Source: Spizellomyces punctatus DAOM BR117
Lineage: Eukaryota
Direction: 5' to 3' (one strand)
NCBI GenBank assembly: GCA_000182565.2
Contig: KQ257462.1
Length of the DNA: 64,000 bases
In this document: piece after piece, positions 1 to 17,079 of the stretch
Position numbering within the stretch: position 1 is the stretch's first letter
Layout of the letters: each line of letters begins with the position of its first letter
Made by a program: the position numbers and the translations under genes
Notes under the pieces: model-generated
What the model saw: the letters and a program-made list of their open reading frames with translations, nothing else
Told to the model about the DNA's origin: nothing
The model's database searches: none

Positions 1-1803
1 AAGTCTTCGCCGAGTTTTGCCGAACGATTGAAGTTTCGAGCATCCGGGAATATGAAGAACGACAACTCAAGTTGACCCAAGAAGTATCCGAAAAGCGAAT
101 GCAGTTCGAAACACAAAAGGCTAAACTGGAGAACCAGTAAGCGCCATGACAGGGTTGCAGTCCCTATACTTCAACAACTAAACCATTCTACAGGCTGGAA
201 TTTGAAAGAAGCAAAGCGAAAAGTACTGAAGAGCGAATCCATAAAATGGAATCCATTATGGTCAGCGATAGAGAGAGCATTGCTCAGCTGGAGCAAGAAA
301 GGACTGCCCGCGAAGCAGAGAAGGCAACTCTTGCCAATGAGATCGAAGAAGCCAGTGAACAGCTTGATTCTGTAAAGCAACTGATGGAGGAGAAAGGGAC
401 GGCAGTATCGAAGGTTAAAAAACAAATACAGAAATTACAGAAAGAGGTTGAGGGAAGCTCGAAGTCTATGGCAGCGAAGGTGAGTGTTATCTTCTCCGAA
501 CTGTGCTCGTGTTGAAGCCCGGCTTCATGCATTTTATTCAAATTTGCCCTTAGGAATCAGAAATTGAGAAATTATCTGCTGATAAATTCTCGATTTTCCG
601 AAAATGTAAACTAGAGGAGATCAAATTGCCTTTCTTGGAGGGATCTTTGGACGATCTCTCCTTGGATCAATTGGAGGTATCAGGAAGCAAGCATTGCATT
701 AGATGTGACAGAATGGACGACCAACCGCTTCTTTTCCACCGCTAACCCCAGATAGGGGGAGCCGATTCGATGGAGATCGATTCACAGACTCTAAGTTTCT
801 CTGCTCGAGTGCAAGGGTTTCAAGTGGACTTTAGCAATTTGAAACCTGCTCATAAGCAGGTGAGTCGACCCATGCGATATGAGAGAATACCGCAATCTAA
901 CAAATTGTCACAGAATGGTTCGGACGAAATGGAAGTGGAGTTCCAAGAGACGCTGAGGAACCTCACGACTGAGATTGAGAGAATGGCTCCGAATATGAGG
1001 GCGGTTGACAGGTGTGGACACTAGCTTGTGCTTTTGCATTTGCCGGTGCTAACCGCGTTGGCGGGTCCGAAGATTGGATGAGGTTGAGCACAAGTTGAAG
1101 GAGACTGCAAGAGAATTTGATGCTGCTCGAAGAGAGGCTAAGTCAGCTAAGGATGCGTTCATGAAGATTAAACAAGAGCGGTGAGTAGCCTTATTGCCGT
1201 TTTGGAGATGATATTCACTCATTCCATCGCTCCTACCCCCAGTTACGATCGTTTCTACCGGGCGTATACACATATTGCTGAGAAGATTGATCCAATATAT
1301 AAGGAACTCACCAAATCCAAGACATTCCCAATGGGTGGCACTGCGTACTTAAGCTTGGAGGACAGTGAGGTAGGGTTACTTTTTCCACTGCTCCTCAGCA
1401 GACGGAGTGAGGGTTGTCTCTGAACATGTCATTTTCATAGGAGCCCTACAACGACGGAGTCAAATACCATGCGATGCCTCCCATGAAGCGGTTCAGAGAT
1501 ATGGAGCTGCTGTCTGGTGGCGAAAAAACTGTGGCAGCCCTGGCACTGCTCTTTGCTATCCACAGCTATCAACCTGCGCCGTTTTTCGTCCTGGATGAAG
1601 TCGATGCCGCCTTGGACAACGCGAATGTCGCCAAAGTTGCCAATTATATTCGACGAGTCGCCTCCAACTCGTTTCAGTTTATTGTTATTTCACTGAAGCA
1701 TACTTTCTATGAAAGAGCTGAAGCTCTTGTTGGGGTTTACCGAGATCAGGGCATAAACAGCAGTAAAGTTTTAACCTTGAATTTGGAAAGATTTCTGGAC
1801 TGA
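1..1803 (+). CDS. SMC1: Cohesin SMC1, 3' part (5'-truncated by window edge, multi-exon)
   Basis: C-terminal SMC head: [48 protein letters not shown] (ABC signature plus Walker B), preceded by coiled coil and [10 protein letters not shown]; stop TGA 1801-1803. Confidence 0.95.
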
Positions 1804-2108
1804 ACGGGATGGATGGATGTGATTGTAGTGGAGCCTGTAGTGTCATTATGCAGAGATTCGCTTGTATATAGTTGTGCTTGTTCGAAGATTGTTCAGGATT
1901 TATGAGACCGTTTTTTGTTCATTGCTTAATAGCATGCGGCTTCAGTTCGGTGCAGATTGTTGTATTCAGGGTCGGTTTTATGCAACATTTCTTTGACCAT
2001 TACTGCCTTTTGCCCTCTATCTATAGGCTCTTTCAGACCCACAACCGACATCAAGTCAAATGTTTGAACCTTGCTCAACTACAACGCTTTGGGCTACCTA
2101 TCTGCTTG

Positions 2109-4043
2109 CTACTGGAACAGCATACTGGCTGCAGCATCGGCATTACCGCCACTTGCATCCAATGCCGCTATGGCCTCCGCCCTGGATACCCCAAGATCCT
2201 CGAGCATTTTTATCTTTTCCTCAGAATGCCGTGGAACAGCACCAGCCGTTGTGGACGTGGGAGCACCTGTCGGCGCACCTAAACGTCCTGCCTGTGCAGC
2301 TCCAGGTCCTGGCACAGATGCAGCTATGCCGGCTGGAGGAATGTGAGGATGCAAGCCCCCCGGAGGGTGAACCGCGCCTAATCGAGGACTGAGTGATCGT
2401 TCATTACCAGCAACTCTGGGATCATACACGTTACCTTGTGCTGCGGAGCCCCCTTCGACTGGGGACTGTACATCTCCACTTCCAGTTGCCTCCCACCGCG
2501 CCTTGTCCGGCAATTCGTGCTCTGACAGGAAGCGCACTTCCTCACCGTGAATTCGTAAAACATTCTTCTCCAGATCAATAATAGCCTGATAGAGGAATCA
2601 CGGATCAATCAGTGGGCCGTTCGTCACAATCGACAGGAATGCAGGGAAAGACTAAAGACTCTTAACCTGATGTCGTTTCAGCATATCTAATCCAAAGAGC
2701 AGATCAACTCCTTTGCCCTAAGGAAGGGCACAGACTCAATTAGCTTTTCGTCTAAGGGGTGCATCGTAGGCCCAGTACTTCACGATTGTACCTCCATAAT
2801 CGTGAAAGAGCAAGGTAAAAACTGGCTTCCTATCTTCATCTGGGCGCTATGAACCCTCCCCAAAATTTTCGCTGTACCCACTCCCTGGGCAATTCCCGCA
2901 AATCGTTCATCCAGGAGATGCATAATATTGCAGGCTTCCGCCAACGCTGGGCTCATGATTGTTGCCTGAGCGCCGGAATCTACAAATGCTTTCACTTTGT
3001 GACCGTTCACCTCGGTATCTATATAAAGCATAACCACCTGGGTGCATACCAATAGTTATTTTCATTTACGCAAGGATGGACGCAAAAAGCTGCGTGCTTA
3101 GCTTGCAGGGTATAGATACCTACCCGGCCGAACGACTCAGGATGATATTCCATAGCATTCTAAGGTTTGTGGGGGTGGATAAGCGGTTGATGTATCATTG
3201 CTTCATAGTCAGTACGCGACACTCACCTCCAGATTCTGTGCGATATTTTGTTTCCGAATTTCCTCCTCAATGCGCCTCTGAGCGTCAATATCAAAAGGAT
3301 CTGCACTGTCCAAGGCAGCCTAATTGACCCATAATCAGCGGCTAGAGGTTCCAAACCTTCCACAACCGCGAGACAATGAATACCATTTGCTGTCTTTGTC
3401 TTTCCTCAAGCTCTCTCCTCCGTGATTCTAATTCCAGATACATGCGCTGAAAAGTTGCAGGATCGTTCATGGCAGCATTGGCCAGTTCTGGTTGTTGCTA
3501 TCGATGACAACGTTTCAACAACCCATCTTCGTGATCAGAGCAGCGATGTACGCACTCACACTTGAGAGTTGCTGCAGCATCCACGGATCTGCCAAAATCT
3601 GCTGTCGCACGGTTTCTGCAATACTTTCCGGCGTGCGCGTTATGTTGCTAAAAAAGCGAATCGGTTGGACAAGAGTGTTCTCTTCCTTTCGTACACGGAG
3701 GTACACCGTACCTCCCTGCCGGACTTCTACGCCGCACAAGCAGAATATCATCTGGACGAATACCCGACGCGGTAATTGACTTGCTCTTCTCAGTCAGCTC
3801 TACGCCGTTGTGCAGCAGCACTTGCTGCCCTGCGGGAATGTTCATCTCGGCCTCTACTATTGCCATAAGGTTTTCCAACTGCAAAAATACATTCCAACAA
3901 AAAGCATCCGTCCCATTAGAATGTCATGATGATAACGAGATGGGGCAATGCACCCCTTGAGAGACAAAGCTCCGCACCTCCATACTGCCATCCACGTCCA
4001 CGTTATGAACTTCTCCATTATCGTATGTTAAATGGATACGCAT
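2109..4043 (-). CDS. DDI1: DNA-damage-inducible protein 1 (UBL + retroviral-like aspartyl protease + UBA), multi-exon
   Basis: N-terminal UBL (MRIHLTYD...[21 protein letters not shown]); protease motif [29 protein letters not shown]-terminal [24 protein letters not shown]. Confidence 0.95.
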
Positions 4044-4155
4044 ATCGTATTGTCGTCTTTTACCAATAAAAGCAACGTAAACACGATTTTTTGGGTGTCA
4101 AAACAGGTCATGCAGTGGCAGGCTTTTTGGCAGGAGTGGGCATCTTTTGTATCTG

Positions 4156-4172
4156 ACGCGTTACGAGACGCG
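4156..4172. promoter_or_regulatory. MCB-like ACGCGT plus a second ACGCG upstream of DDI1
   Basis: GACGCGTTACGAGACGCG about 115 nt upstream of the DDI1 ATG. Confidence 0.35.
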
Positions 4173-5047
4173 CTCCTTTCTTGCCTCCCAAACTCCTCAT
4201 CTTTCATAGCAGACCAAATTCCAAATGTCTTGGGCTAATTTACAAACAATGCCATGTGAAATTCTATCCCCTACAATCAGTGCCAGTTGTAGCAGCGAGA
4301 ATTCGCCATATCTGCCGGTCTCTGTCCCGCGTCATTACTGAACCAGATCTTGGTCGTATTCTTGGACGGCAACTGGAGTGTGCATCTTGAAGACAAACGT
4401 CAATTCCTCGAGGGAATGAAGCAGTTGGGGCGACGCTATTGAACACATGTAAGACCACATGTGTAAGACTGCATGTGTTTCGTAGAGTCGTCCCTACTGC
4501 AACTCAGACCAGTTTATCCGAGCCAGTTGTCACCGGTTGATTCCCTGGAGGCATTGACGTTTGTCTACAAAAATGAATGTTTTCTGGTTGAGCCTGTTCC
4601 CAAGAAGCGCAACAATCACGAGTTCAGTTTGATCCTTCGACCAGCAGAAGCCATTCTATTGCCCATATGAGTTAGGCCTGCTTCAATTTTATCCGCATGT
4701 TCAGCAACTCCATTGGTTCCTAATCTAGCAGCTGATGGACGACATAACAGAACGGTATTGCAGTCGCCATGCCACATCGGATTTGTTTAACCGAATCGCA
4801 CTGGCCTTCCTAAGGACCGAACATCAGTCACCATACTACGGACCATTCCTTTTCAAAATGGAAAGCATTAAGTGACGGGAATCTTCTCTGGACGACAGAA
4901 GCCATTTTCAACGCAGGTCATTTGCGGCATTTCCAGCATTTGAAGTGACGTTGATGACTAGTTGTCCCAAAGCTGCTTATGTAATGCGCGTCGTGCTGTG
5001 ATGGAAGTTCAATTATAACCAAAGTCCAACGAAAGCTATAGGAAACC

Positions 5048-7334
5048 ATGGCTGTTGATTTGGAAGAAGGTGCTGAAGGTTTGTAATTACTCCTTGGTTG
5101 TTTATATTTGCACTTTTGCCAATCCTTTTTACATGTCCCAGCCCTTGAATATGTGGGAAATTTTGAAACAGACTATCATGATGCCTGCCGTCGTAACGGT
5201 GCAAAGCCGTTTAACATCCTCAAAATACGGCACCCACTGCCACCGCTTCCAATTGCTATGACACCTCGCCCACTTTCCGGTGCAAGTGGCCAAGATAAGC
5301 TCTCCGATGGACAGTCACAACCCGCCGCTATAGAAGGGGATGTATCAGGAGACGGCGTATTGACGAGACCTCTCCCAGATCGAACGGAAGAAACCATGAC
5401 GGCAGGGAAAGCTGAGGAAGGAAAGCTTTCAGAGTTTAAAATCATGACCTATAACTCGCGTTACCGTTTTACGCCGACCATCGTGTTAGAAACAATAGAT
5501 GGAGACGATGACGACGAGCCCCAGAAGTTAGAAGTGCGAGGGTGGAAGCTCCCATATGGGATTATCGAAGTTTTGAGCGGAGTGATACCTGCATGCGGTA
5601 CCATAACAAACCTAATGTAAGCCCCGGAAAGGCGCTGGAGGGTCCATTTGTGAATCAATGATTCAGTTGTCTGCCTAGAGTCAGCCTCTTAACACGGCAT
5701 GTTACTCTACAGACTTTGGAACTGCGGATTAGACGAGACACATTTCTCCTTGCTGCTTACGACGGTGCTCTCAGCAAATATCCGTGTTCTCTCATTAGAT
5801 CGAAACCCGCTCATACCGGAGCACCTCTGGCCCTATCTCATCACCGAAGAGTCATCCGTTCGATCGTTGTCTTTGCGTTCTAATAATATCGGAGACGCAG
5901 GACTGAAGGGACTAGCCGAGCAGCTTAAATCCAATCGAGTGTTAGTGTCGCTAAACTTGTGGAACAACAAAATCACAAAAGAAGGCGCAGAAAACCTTGC
6001 AGAGGTGCGATTGAAGCTGGACATCATATATGCAATTGACGAGCGACAACTCAATTAACGATTCACAGGCATTGAAGCTCAATCAAAGCTTGACATCTTT
6101 ATCCCTGGGTCTGAACAATATTGGGGATGAAGGCGCGGTTGCGCTCGCGAAGGTATAAGATGGTGGCATATAGTAGAATCGGATTTTGTAACCTGAGCGC
6201 ACATTTAACCAGGTTCTGGCGAACTCCCCGTTGCTGCATGATGAGCTGCTGGCCTCAAGACGAAAAGCGATGGCTGAAATGGACAAGCAGCGAAAAGATC
6301 AAGAGGAGGTAGTTGCCATAACCCCCTATTCCAGATGTCCTGACTTTACCTAATAAAACCACTCAGGATCCTATCGTCAAAAAAGCAAAAGGACGCATGC
6401 CGACCGCAGCTACCGGACGGAACAATTCCGCAAAGTTAGAACGCACATCGTTTATTTTCTTAGTTAACCAACCACCCTAATGCATGGATCCACCATATAT
6501 GTAGAGTCAAAAGCGAAGAGAGCATCATAGCAGGAGGAATTAAAAAAGAGTCCATTGCGGATCTCAAAGCTAAACGCCCGATCAAAGGTGGTAAGAAGGA
6601 GGAAGGAGGCTCCGCGGGTGGAAGTAAAGGCACTGCTACCCAGCCGAACATCGGCAAGCAAAAATCAACCACCGAGGTGGGGGTGGCAGCCCAGCCTCCG
6701 GGCCCCAAGAAAGCTGCGACAGCTGGTGCTGTTGTAGTCGAAGAAAAGGGTGCAGCAAGCAAAGGGAAAGAGAAAAAGGGCGCCGTCGCAGCCAAATCTG
6801 GCAAGAAATCCAAAGCAGAGGAAACCAAGGAAGAAGTCGAAGAGGTAGATCCATCCATATGGACCAGTATCTTGTAATGTCACCTAATCAACCAAATCAG
6901 GCGCCAGACTCGAACCCAACAGTCGAACCTATGTTTGAACACAACGGTCAATGGTTTGTGCTCGGAAACCGTACCCTAAACAATTTGAATCTTTTCCGGA
7001 ACAATATACGCGAAGAGGGACTTAAAGCCTTCCTTGACGCTGTGACGGATCAGGAAATAACGACGGAAAATACACCGGACGCACCTATCGGACTTTTCCG
7101 ACTCACGTTGCAAGTAAGTTAGACATCATTCTTATAAAGCCATTCGCAACTCATCGGTGAGATCTGTAGGACAATGCTTTCGATGTCGATGACCCAGCTT
7201 ACAGGCAGTTAACATCTATTCTAAACAGCAGGAATCCATATTATGAGAGCGCGGAGGGGGAAGGTGGTGTTAGGATAGCGCAGGAAGGAAATGACAGCGA
7301 TAAGGGCGAAAGCACGAGCGACGCAGGGACGTAA
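5048..7334 (+). CDS. RNI-type leucine-rich repeat protein, LRRC71-like (cilium-associated), multi-exon
   Basis: EYVGNFETDYHDAC N-terminus, LEVRGWKL, LRRs (LSLRSNNIGDAG, LNLWNNKITKEGA), Lys/Gly-rich insert, GNRTLNNLNLFRNNIREEGLK; spliced frame traced to TAA 7334. Confidence 0.65.
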
Positions 7335-7413
7335 TGTGAACGCAGGATAGTGCCATTGCTCTGAACAGTTGAAATGTTCACCGGAGGGATTTGCACTGGA
7401 CGTAAATCCCGGT

Positions 7414-9874
7414 CTATTGCATGTGTCGCACTAAAATCTGTCGCACAAGATCCTTAACATCTGACTTCTGAGCTAGCCCATCTGGTGATCGTAGCGGAAT
7501 CTTGTAGGCATCTTCGACACTTGATATGCGGATCTGTAGGTACGATGAAGGCAAGTCGGTGCCATAGAGGTCCACAACGCACCTGGCAGCTGAAGTCAGC
7601 TTTGTAATAGGACCGAGCAAGTTCATATACTTCAACGAACCGCAATGGTATGTTTCTGGTTCTTATTAGGCCCTTGACTGACAAGTCATCCACATGCCAT
7701 TTTTTCACTCCGCCGGGTATACCAATAGAGACTCCTAAAGCATTGGCTTCCTGAACAACCATGTGCACACACGCCCTCCAGACTTCTTGTCGAAGGTAAT
7801 CTTCGACTTCCGAAACGTGTAGCGATGAAGAAGCCATGTCGAGTATGGATGTCTGCGCCACTATATCACCAGAGACGCGTAGAAATAAAAGTACTTGCCA
7901 CCTGGACCACATCTTAGGTTACAACGGGCAAAGAACCATCGTCCATACTCAATACCATACCGGCCGAAGATTTGCAGGGTCCACTTAGTATCTATGTCTC
8001 CAGACGTAACGCGTTCGCGGCGTACTGAAATGTTGCATCGCTCACTGACGTATCCAATAGTTTTCTGCATCGCAAATGATATTTGGCTGCGAATGTTCTG
8101 AATTTCTGTAGTTCTCGCTAATCGTGCGAGGACGGACATCTGCTCGTTCCTGTTGACACATCTCAGTCAGAGAATATCTGACAAATCAATAGGTCATGCA
8201 TGCACACACTTTTGAACCCTTCCGACCCCAGTATAACAGCCTGCTGCTTCCCGCTGTCTTCGAATATTTGTTCGATGTTGCCGTCTCAGTGCTTGTTGTG
8301 CCACAAGCTCCAACAGAGCACCATCGGGTTGGGAAATAGAAGTGACCTGAGATGGCTGCTGCGCATCATCTGAAGTACATGGGTTTGGCACAGTTTCATC
8401 ACCATCGACTAAGCTCACTACCAGCTTGGTACTCGTCGCCCCAACTGATGCAGCAACTGCGTTTGGCAAAATCCGTGTAACCTCTGCTGCACTTTCACGG
8501 GCCGCCTCTCTTGAAACCTGAGGATGGAATACGAAAACGAGATGAATAACCAAGAGAATTCAACAACGTTGGACTGCCTTAACATACGTGGTCAAAAATT
8601 TCTGCGTCGAAGATGGCGCTTTGAGCCCTGGAAAGCTGTCGATAAAGCCCACTTTCCTTCCGATCTTTATAGCAACACACATTAATCGAGATTTTATCTG
8701 GCCTCCCCAACGCATATCTTTTACCATTCTCGTTCGCCCAATGTGACCAGAAGTCAGAATCCTGTCTTCGCTGAAATTTCTCGTCGCTCATGCGGGTCAG
8801 GCCCGACACAGTAGTGATTCTCATGCGCTTGGCGTTCACGCGTGGTAAAATTAGATCGACCTCCTCCTCCACATTATCCTCTCTTTTTCTCTTCTCTGGT
8901 GCCGTAAGGTTACGCCATATTTCTGCATGACCAACTTGATAGTAATCCGATCCGGCTGCATCAGGAACGATACAAAGTCAGAGAACGAGTGACAAGCAGG
9001 CAAATAAAAGTGAGTAACACCTTGTCCAAAGCCATAATCGACATATAGGCCACGTTCCGAGCCGCTTCTGGCTTGTAGAACCCAATCTTTCGATCGCAGA
9101 TTGGTGGTGAAAGTACCATAAAAACTTTGATCCCGATCCAATGATGTCTGCAAGCGTTCACCGGCATCCCGCAAGTTTTTGGCGACCAGCTTGAGATGCT
9201 AACAGTGGGGTACCACGGTTCAGATTGACGCCAGATCCATACTCTGGAACAATTGTTACCCTAACCTGAAATTTTGCTGAAAGAATCAGTTGGAGGTCAT
9301 CGATCTGCTGTCGTGGGGGTGGAGCAGGTTTACGTGGAGCCGGCAGGAGGCGCAAATAGGAATTGTCCGCATCCTGTGAAGTCCGTTTTTCATTTGCCAG
9401 CAGCCTTTCCACCAAATCCAGCGAGAACTGAACTTCGGCCCACGCAAGGCTATATTACAACACATATATCAGATCCTCTTCCAACAAGTTAAGAACCAGC
9501 TGAGCAACTTCCACATACTAAATATTTTCTTTGATGGCCTCTAAGCGACCGGGTGTGGTAGTGGCAACAACCGCTTCTGAGGTGTCCTCTTCTTCACCCT
9601 GCCCTCTTCCAGTCAATGATTTCTCCTTTGTCCATCCTGTAGTGGTGGATAGAACTTTGCTGAAGTCAATCTGGGTGACATTTTCCTCTAAACGTGCTGC
9701 TGCAGTCTTTGGCCTGGCAGCCAGATCAGTTCTGTGGTGTCCATCTGCGGAGGCAAAATATCCGGCTTCTTACGGTTCTGGTATTTCTCCACTTTCTGTT
9801 ACGTCGAGAATGGCAGGCTCATCGCTGATGTGGAGTGCCACTCGTACATCATCTTGTCGAGTAACTTCGTCCAT
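7414..9874 (-). CDS. MED17: Mediator subunit 17-like, multi-exon
   Basis: LRDAGERLQTSLDRDQSFY..LRSKDWVL, LYVDYGF and LSRAQSAIFDAEIFDHVSREA resemble Med17/Srb4 conserved blocks. Confidence 0.65.
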
Positions 9875-10025
9875 CTGGGATGTACATGTATAGTCTATCC
9901 ACTGGACGTGACAAAGGCGATTGCCACGTGACACTGCTCAAGTAAGCAGTCGGGATCGGAGTAAAGTTATTGTGGATTCAACTGTACCACATCTGTGAGC
10001 TGGGCAGCCGTCCAACAGCTGCACA

Positions 10026-14790
<4,765 letters not shown>

Positions 14791-15015
14791 AAAAGGAAAG
14801 CTGCAGTTTTTCCAAGAGAAGAAAATGCTTATAGATAGTTAAAAGATCTTGTCTTTCTCAATTTGTCAAAGCTAATGATGTTAACAACGTTGTAAATTGC
14901 GCTAACATTCGGACTTGCTTACCATTTCACCACATCAGCGCGTCCAGGCGCAGGGTGGCTTATCCCTACTGCTCGCGTATACAGTTTGAAGATCATTACC
15001 AGCGTTCGGTCAGTG

Positions 15016-16896
15016 ATGAACCACGACGTGCGCAACCTTCCGCTATCCCAAGATCTGCTAAACTATTATCGAGAACGACTAGGTACATTCTGCGATCTTT
15101 GGCGTTTTTCATTTTGGCTATACTGATAGCAAGCGCGGCAGAAAGATGCGAGCATGACTACAAGGAAGCACTAGATAAAATAGATGCGTTACGGATTCCG
15201 CATGACGACGCGCACCGTGTGACGTGGGAGGCACACAAAAAGGCAGAAGAAGTTGCTAGTCTCCAAAAGGCACTCAGGGATGCCGAGCTTGCCCTGTTTG
15301 ACGAGAAGCGTGCCTTCCTAAAATTGCTAGCTGAGAATGACGAACTGAAGGGCAAGTATTTCGTTGTGGAGGTTGAGCTGACGCAACTATGTGGAGCACA
15401 GCTAACAGCTCGTTCAGTGCAGGAGCTGAAGGATCGGAAAAAGATCCGCTATCTCTTGAAAATAGCTCCATGTCCTGAACCGGAAACAACATACTTTCGT
15501 GAGAAGCTTGACAAACGACTGGTGAAGATCTCGAGAGGAAAAGAGAAGCCAGTGGAAGGAAGGGATAAAGGAGAAGGAGTACGTTCAAGCGTATTCTCTC
15601 ATAGCCGCAGATATCTCATGTTGCGATCCTGTTGATGAAGATCGGCGTGGGAAACCTGGACCAGCGAGACATGATTATAATGGAGGATGAGATTGAGGCT
15701 TTGAAGCTGACAGTGACATCTTTGCGAACACAGCTCGAAGAACAGGTGAGTATCCTTACACACAGCCTATTGATGCGACGGCCTGTTTGTTGATTCCAAA
15801 TTTTAAGGGCCGAGCATATGAGGCCACAGTAGCTGCGTTGAAGCGTGATCGACAAACGCAAATAGATGAAGAAAAGGCACGGAGGGAGCATGAGTCACAA
15901 AGGATAAGTGAGCTACTGGAGAAGCTTCAAAAGTTACGGGCGTTATGTCGCGAGAACATTCGAGGTAAAACTCGAGGTCGAGCCCCATCCATCGCGGTAT
16001 TCATGTTCTCATTCCGATCTATCAGAGTTACTTCACACAAAGAAGGCTTCCCATGCCTACGAGAAGAAACTAGTGGAAGAGAAGGCCGCCTTGCTAGAGG
16101 ACCTACGTTCTACTGGTAGTCAGCTGGCAGTTGAGAGGGATAAAGCAGAGTCCGCTGAAAGAGTGGGTTGATTGAGAAAACTTATTCAAGACGAACACAG
16201 TTCTTACCGTTCACTAGACTATTGAATCAAGAGTAACAAAGAAGCAGGAAACTTTAGTTGGAGATCTTCGCTCGCAATTAGGAAAGTATGAGAAGGAACT
16301 TCACACTGCCAAGGTAATGCAGAGTCTTGCACTGGCATATGACCTGAACTAACTAACCATCTCGTTTCCATCTAGTCTAAATGTGATGAAATCGAGAGAA
16401 CCTTTAAAAAGAAGGTCGAATATCTTCAAAGTCGCCTGTCTGCAATTACTTCCAGGTCTGTTGTGGTCTCGTCCCTGTCCAGTTATCTATTCTCAATTGA
16501 CTTTCGTTGGGCTACAATTTTAGTTACACTGCTCTCAAGAGGCGCCGCGATTATGAAATTGAAGGTTTTACAAATGATATTTTAATTCTACGGAAACAGC
16601 TGAAAGTCCTAGAGCGGAGTATACTCAAATATGCCCCTCTGGAAGATAAGGAGCTTGTATTGCTCAATCTAGGTAAGTTCCAAAGCTATTCAGAGATATA
16701 AAGCCATCGTCGCAATCTTCTCATATCTCGATAGCAAAGGAAACTGGTGAAAGAGTAGGAAAGATTTCATCGGAACTGCATGGTCTTAAGGTGCGCTTCT
16801 GTGTTTTCAAATAACTAGTGTGCTTCGCGCTTAACGCCAAGTACGTAGGCCAAAGTTTATGCCACCGAGGAGGAAGTACGATCATTAAAGTACTGA
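15016..16896 (+). CDS. CCDC77: Coiled-coil domain-containing protein 77 (centriolar), multi-exon
   Basis: LPLSQDLLNYYRERL; LQKALRDAELALFDEKRAFLKLLAENDELK-VQELKDRKKIRYLL; RRRDYEIEGFTNDILILRKQL. Confidence 0.85.
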
Positions 16897-17079
16897 CGTG
16901 GATATGATTTGCTGATATAATTTGGGAGACAAAATTTCCTAGTGCTTCCTGTGGCTGCCATGTACATAAAAAATTAAGTATTTTTGTTTCTGAGAGAGTT
17001 CGGACAAGGAGAAAGGCGTTGGTATTTCGCTTATTGAACGAGTTTTACAAGCAAATCATTCCTCCAAAACTTTTCGGTC

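Noticed and set aside
15745-15760. GTATCCTT resembling a U12 donor in CCDC77
   Set aside because: It lies inside a normal GTGAGT U2 donor that keeps the frame; no U12 branch site seen.
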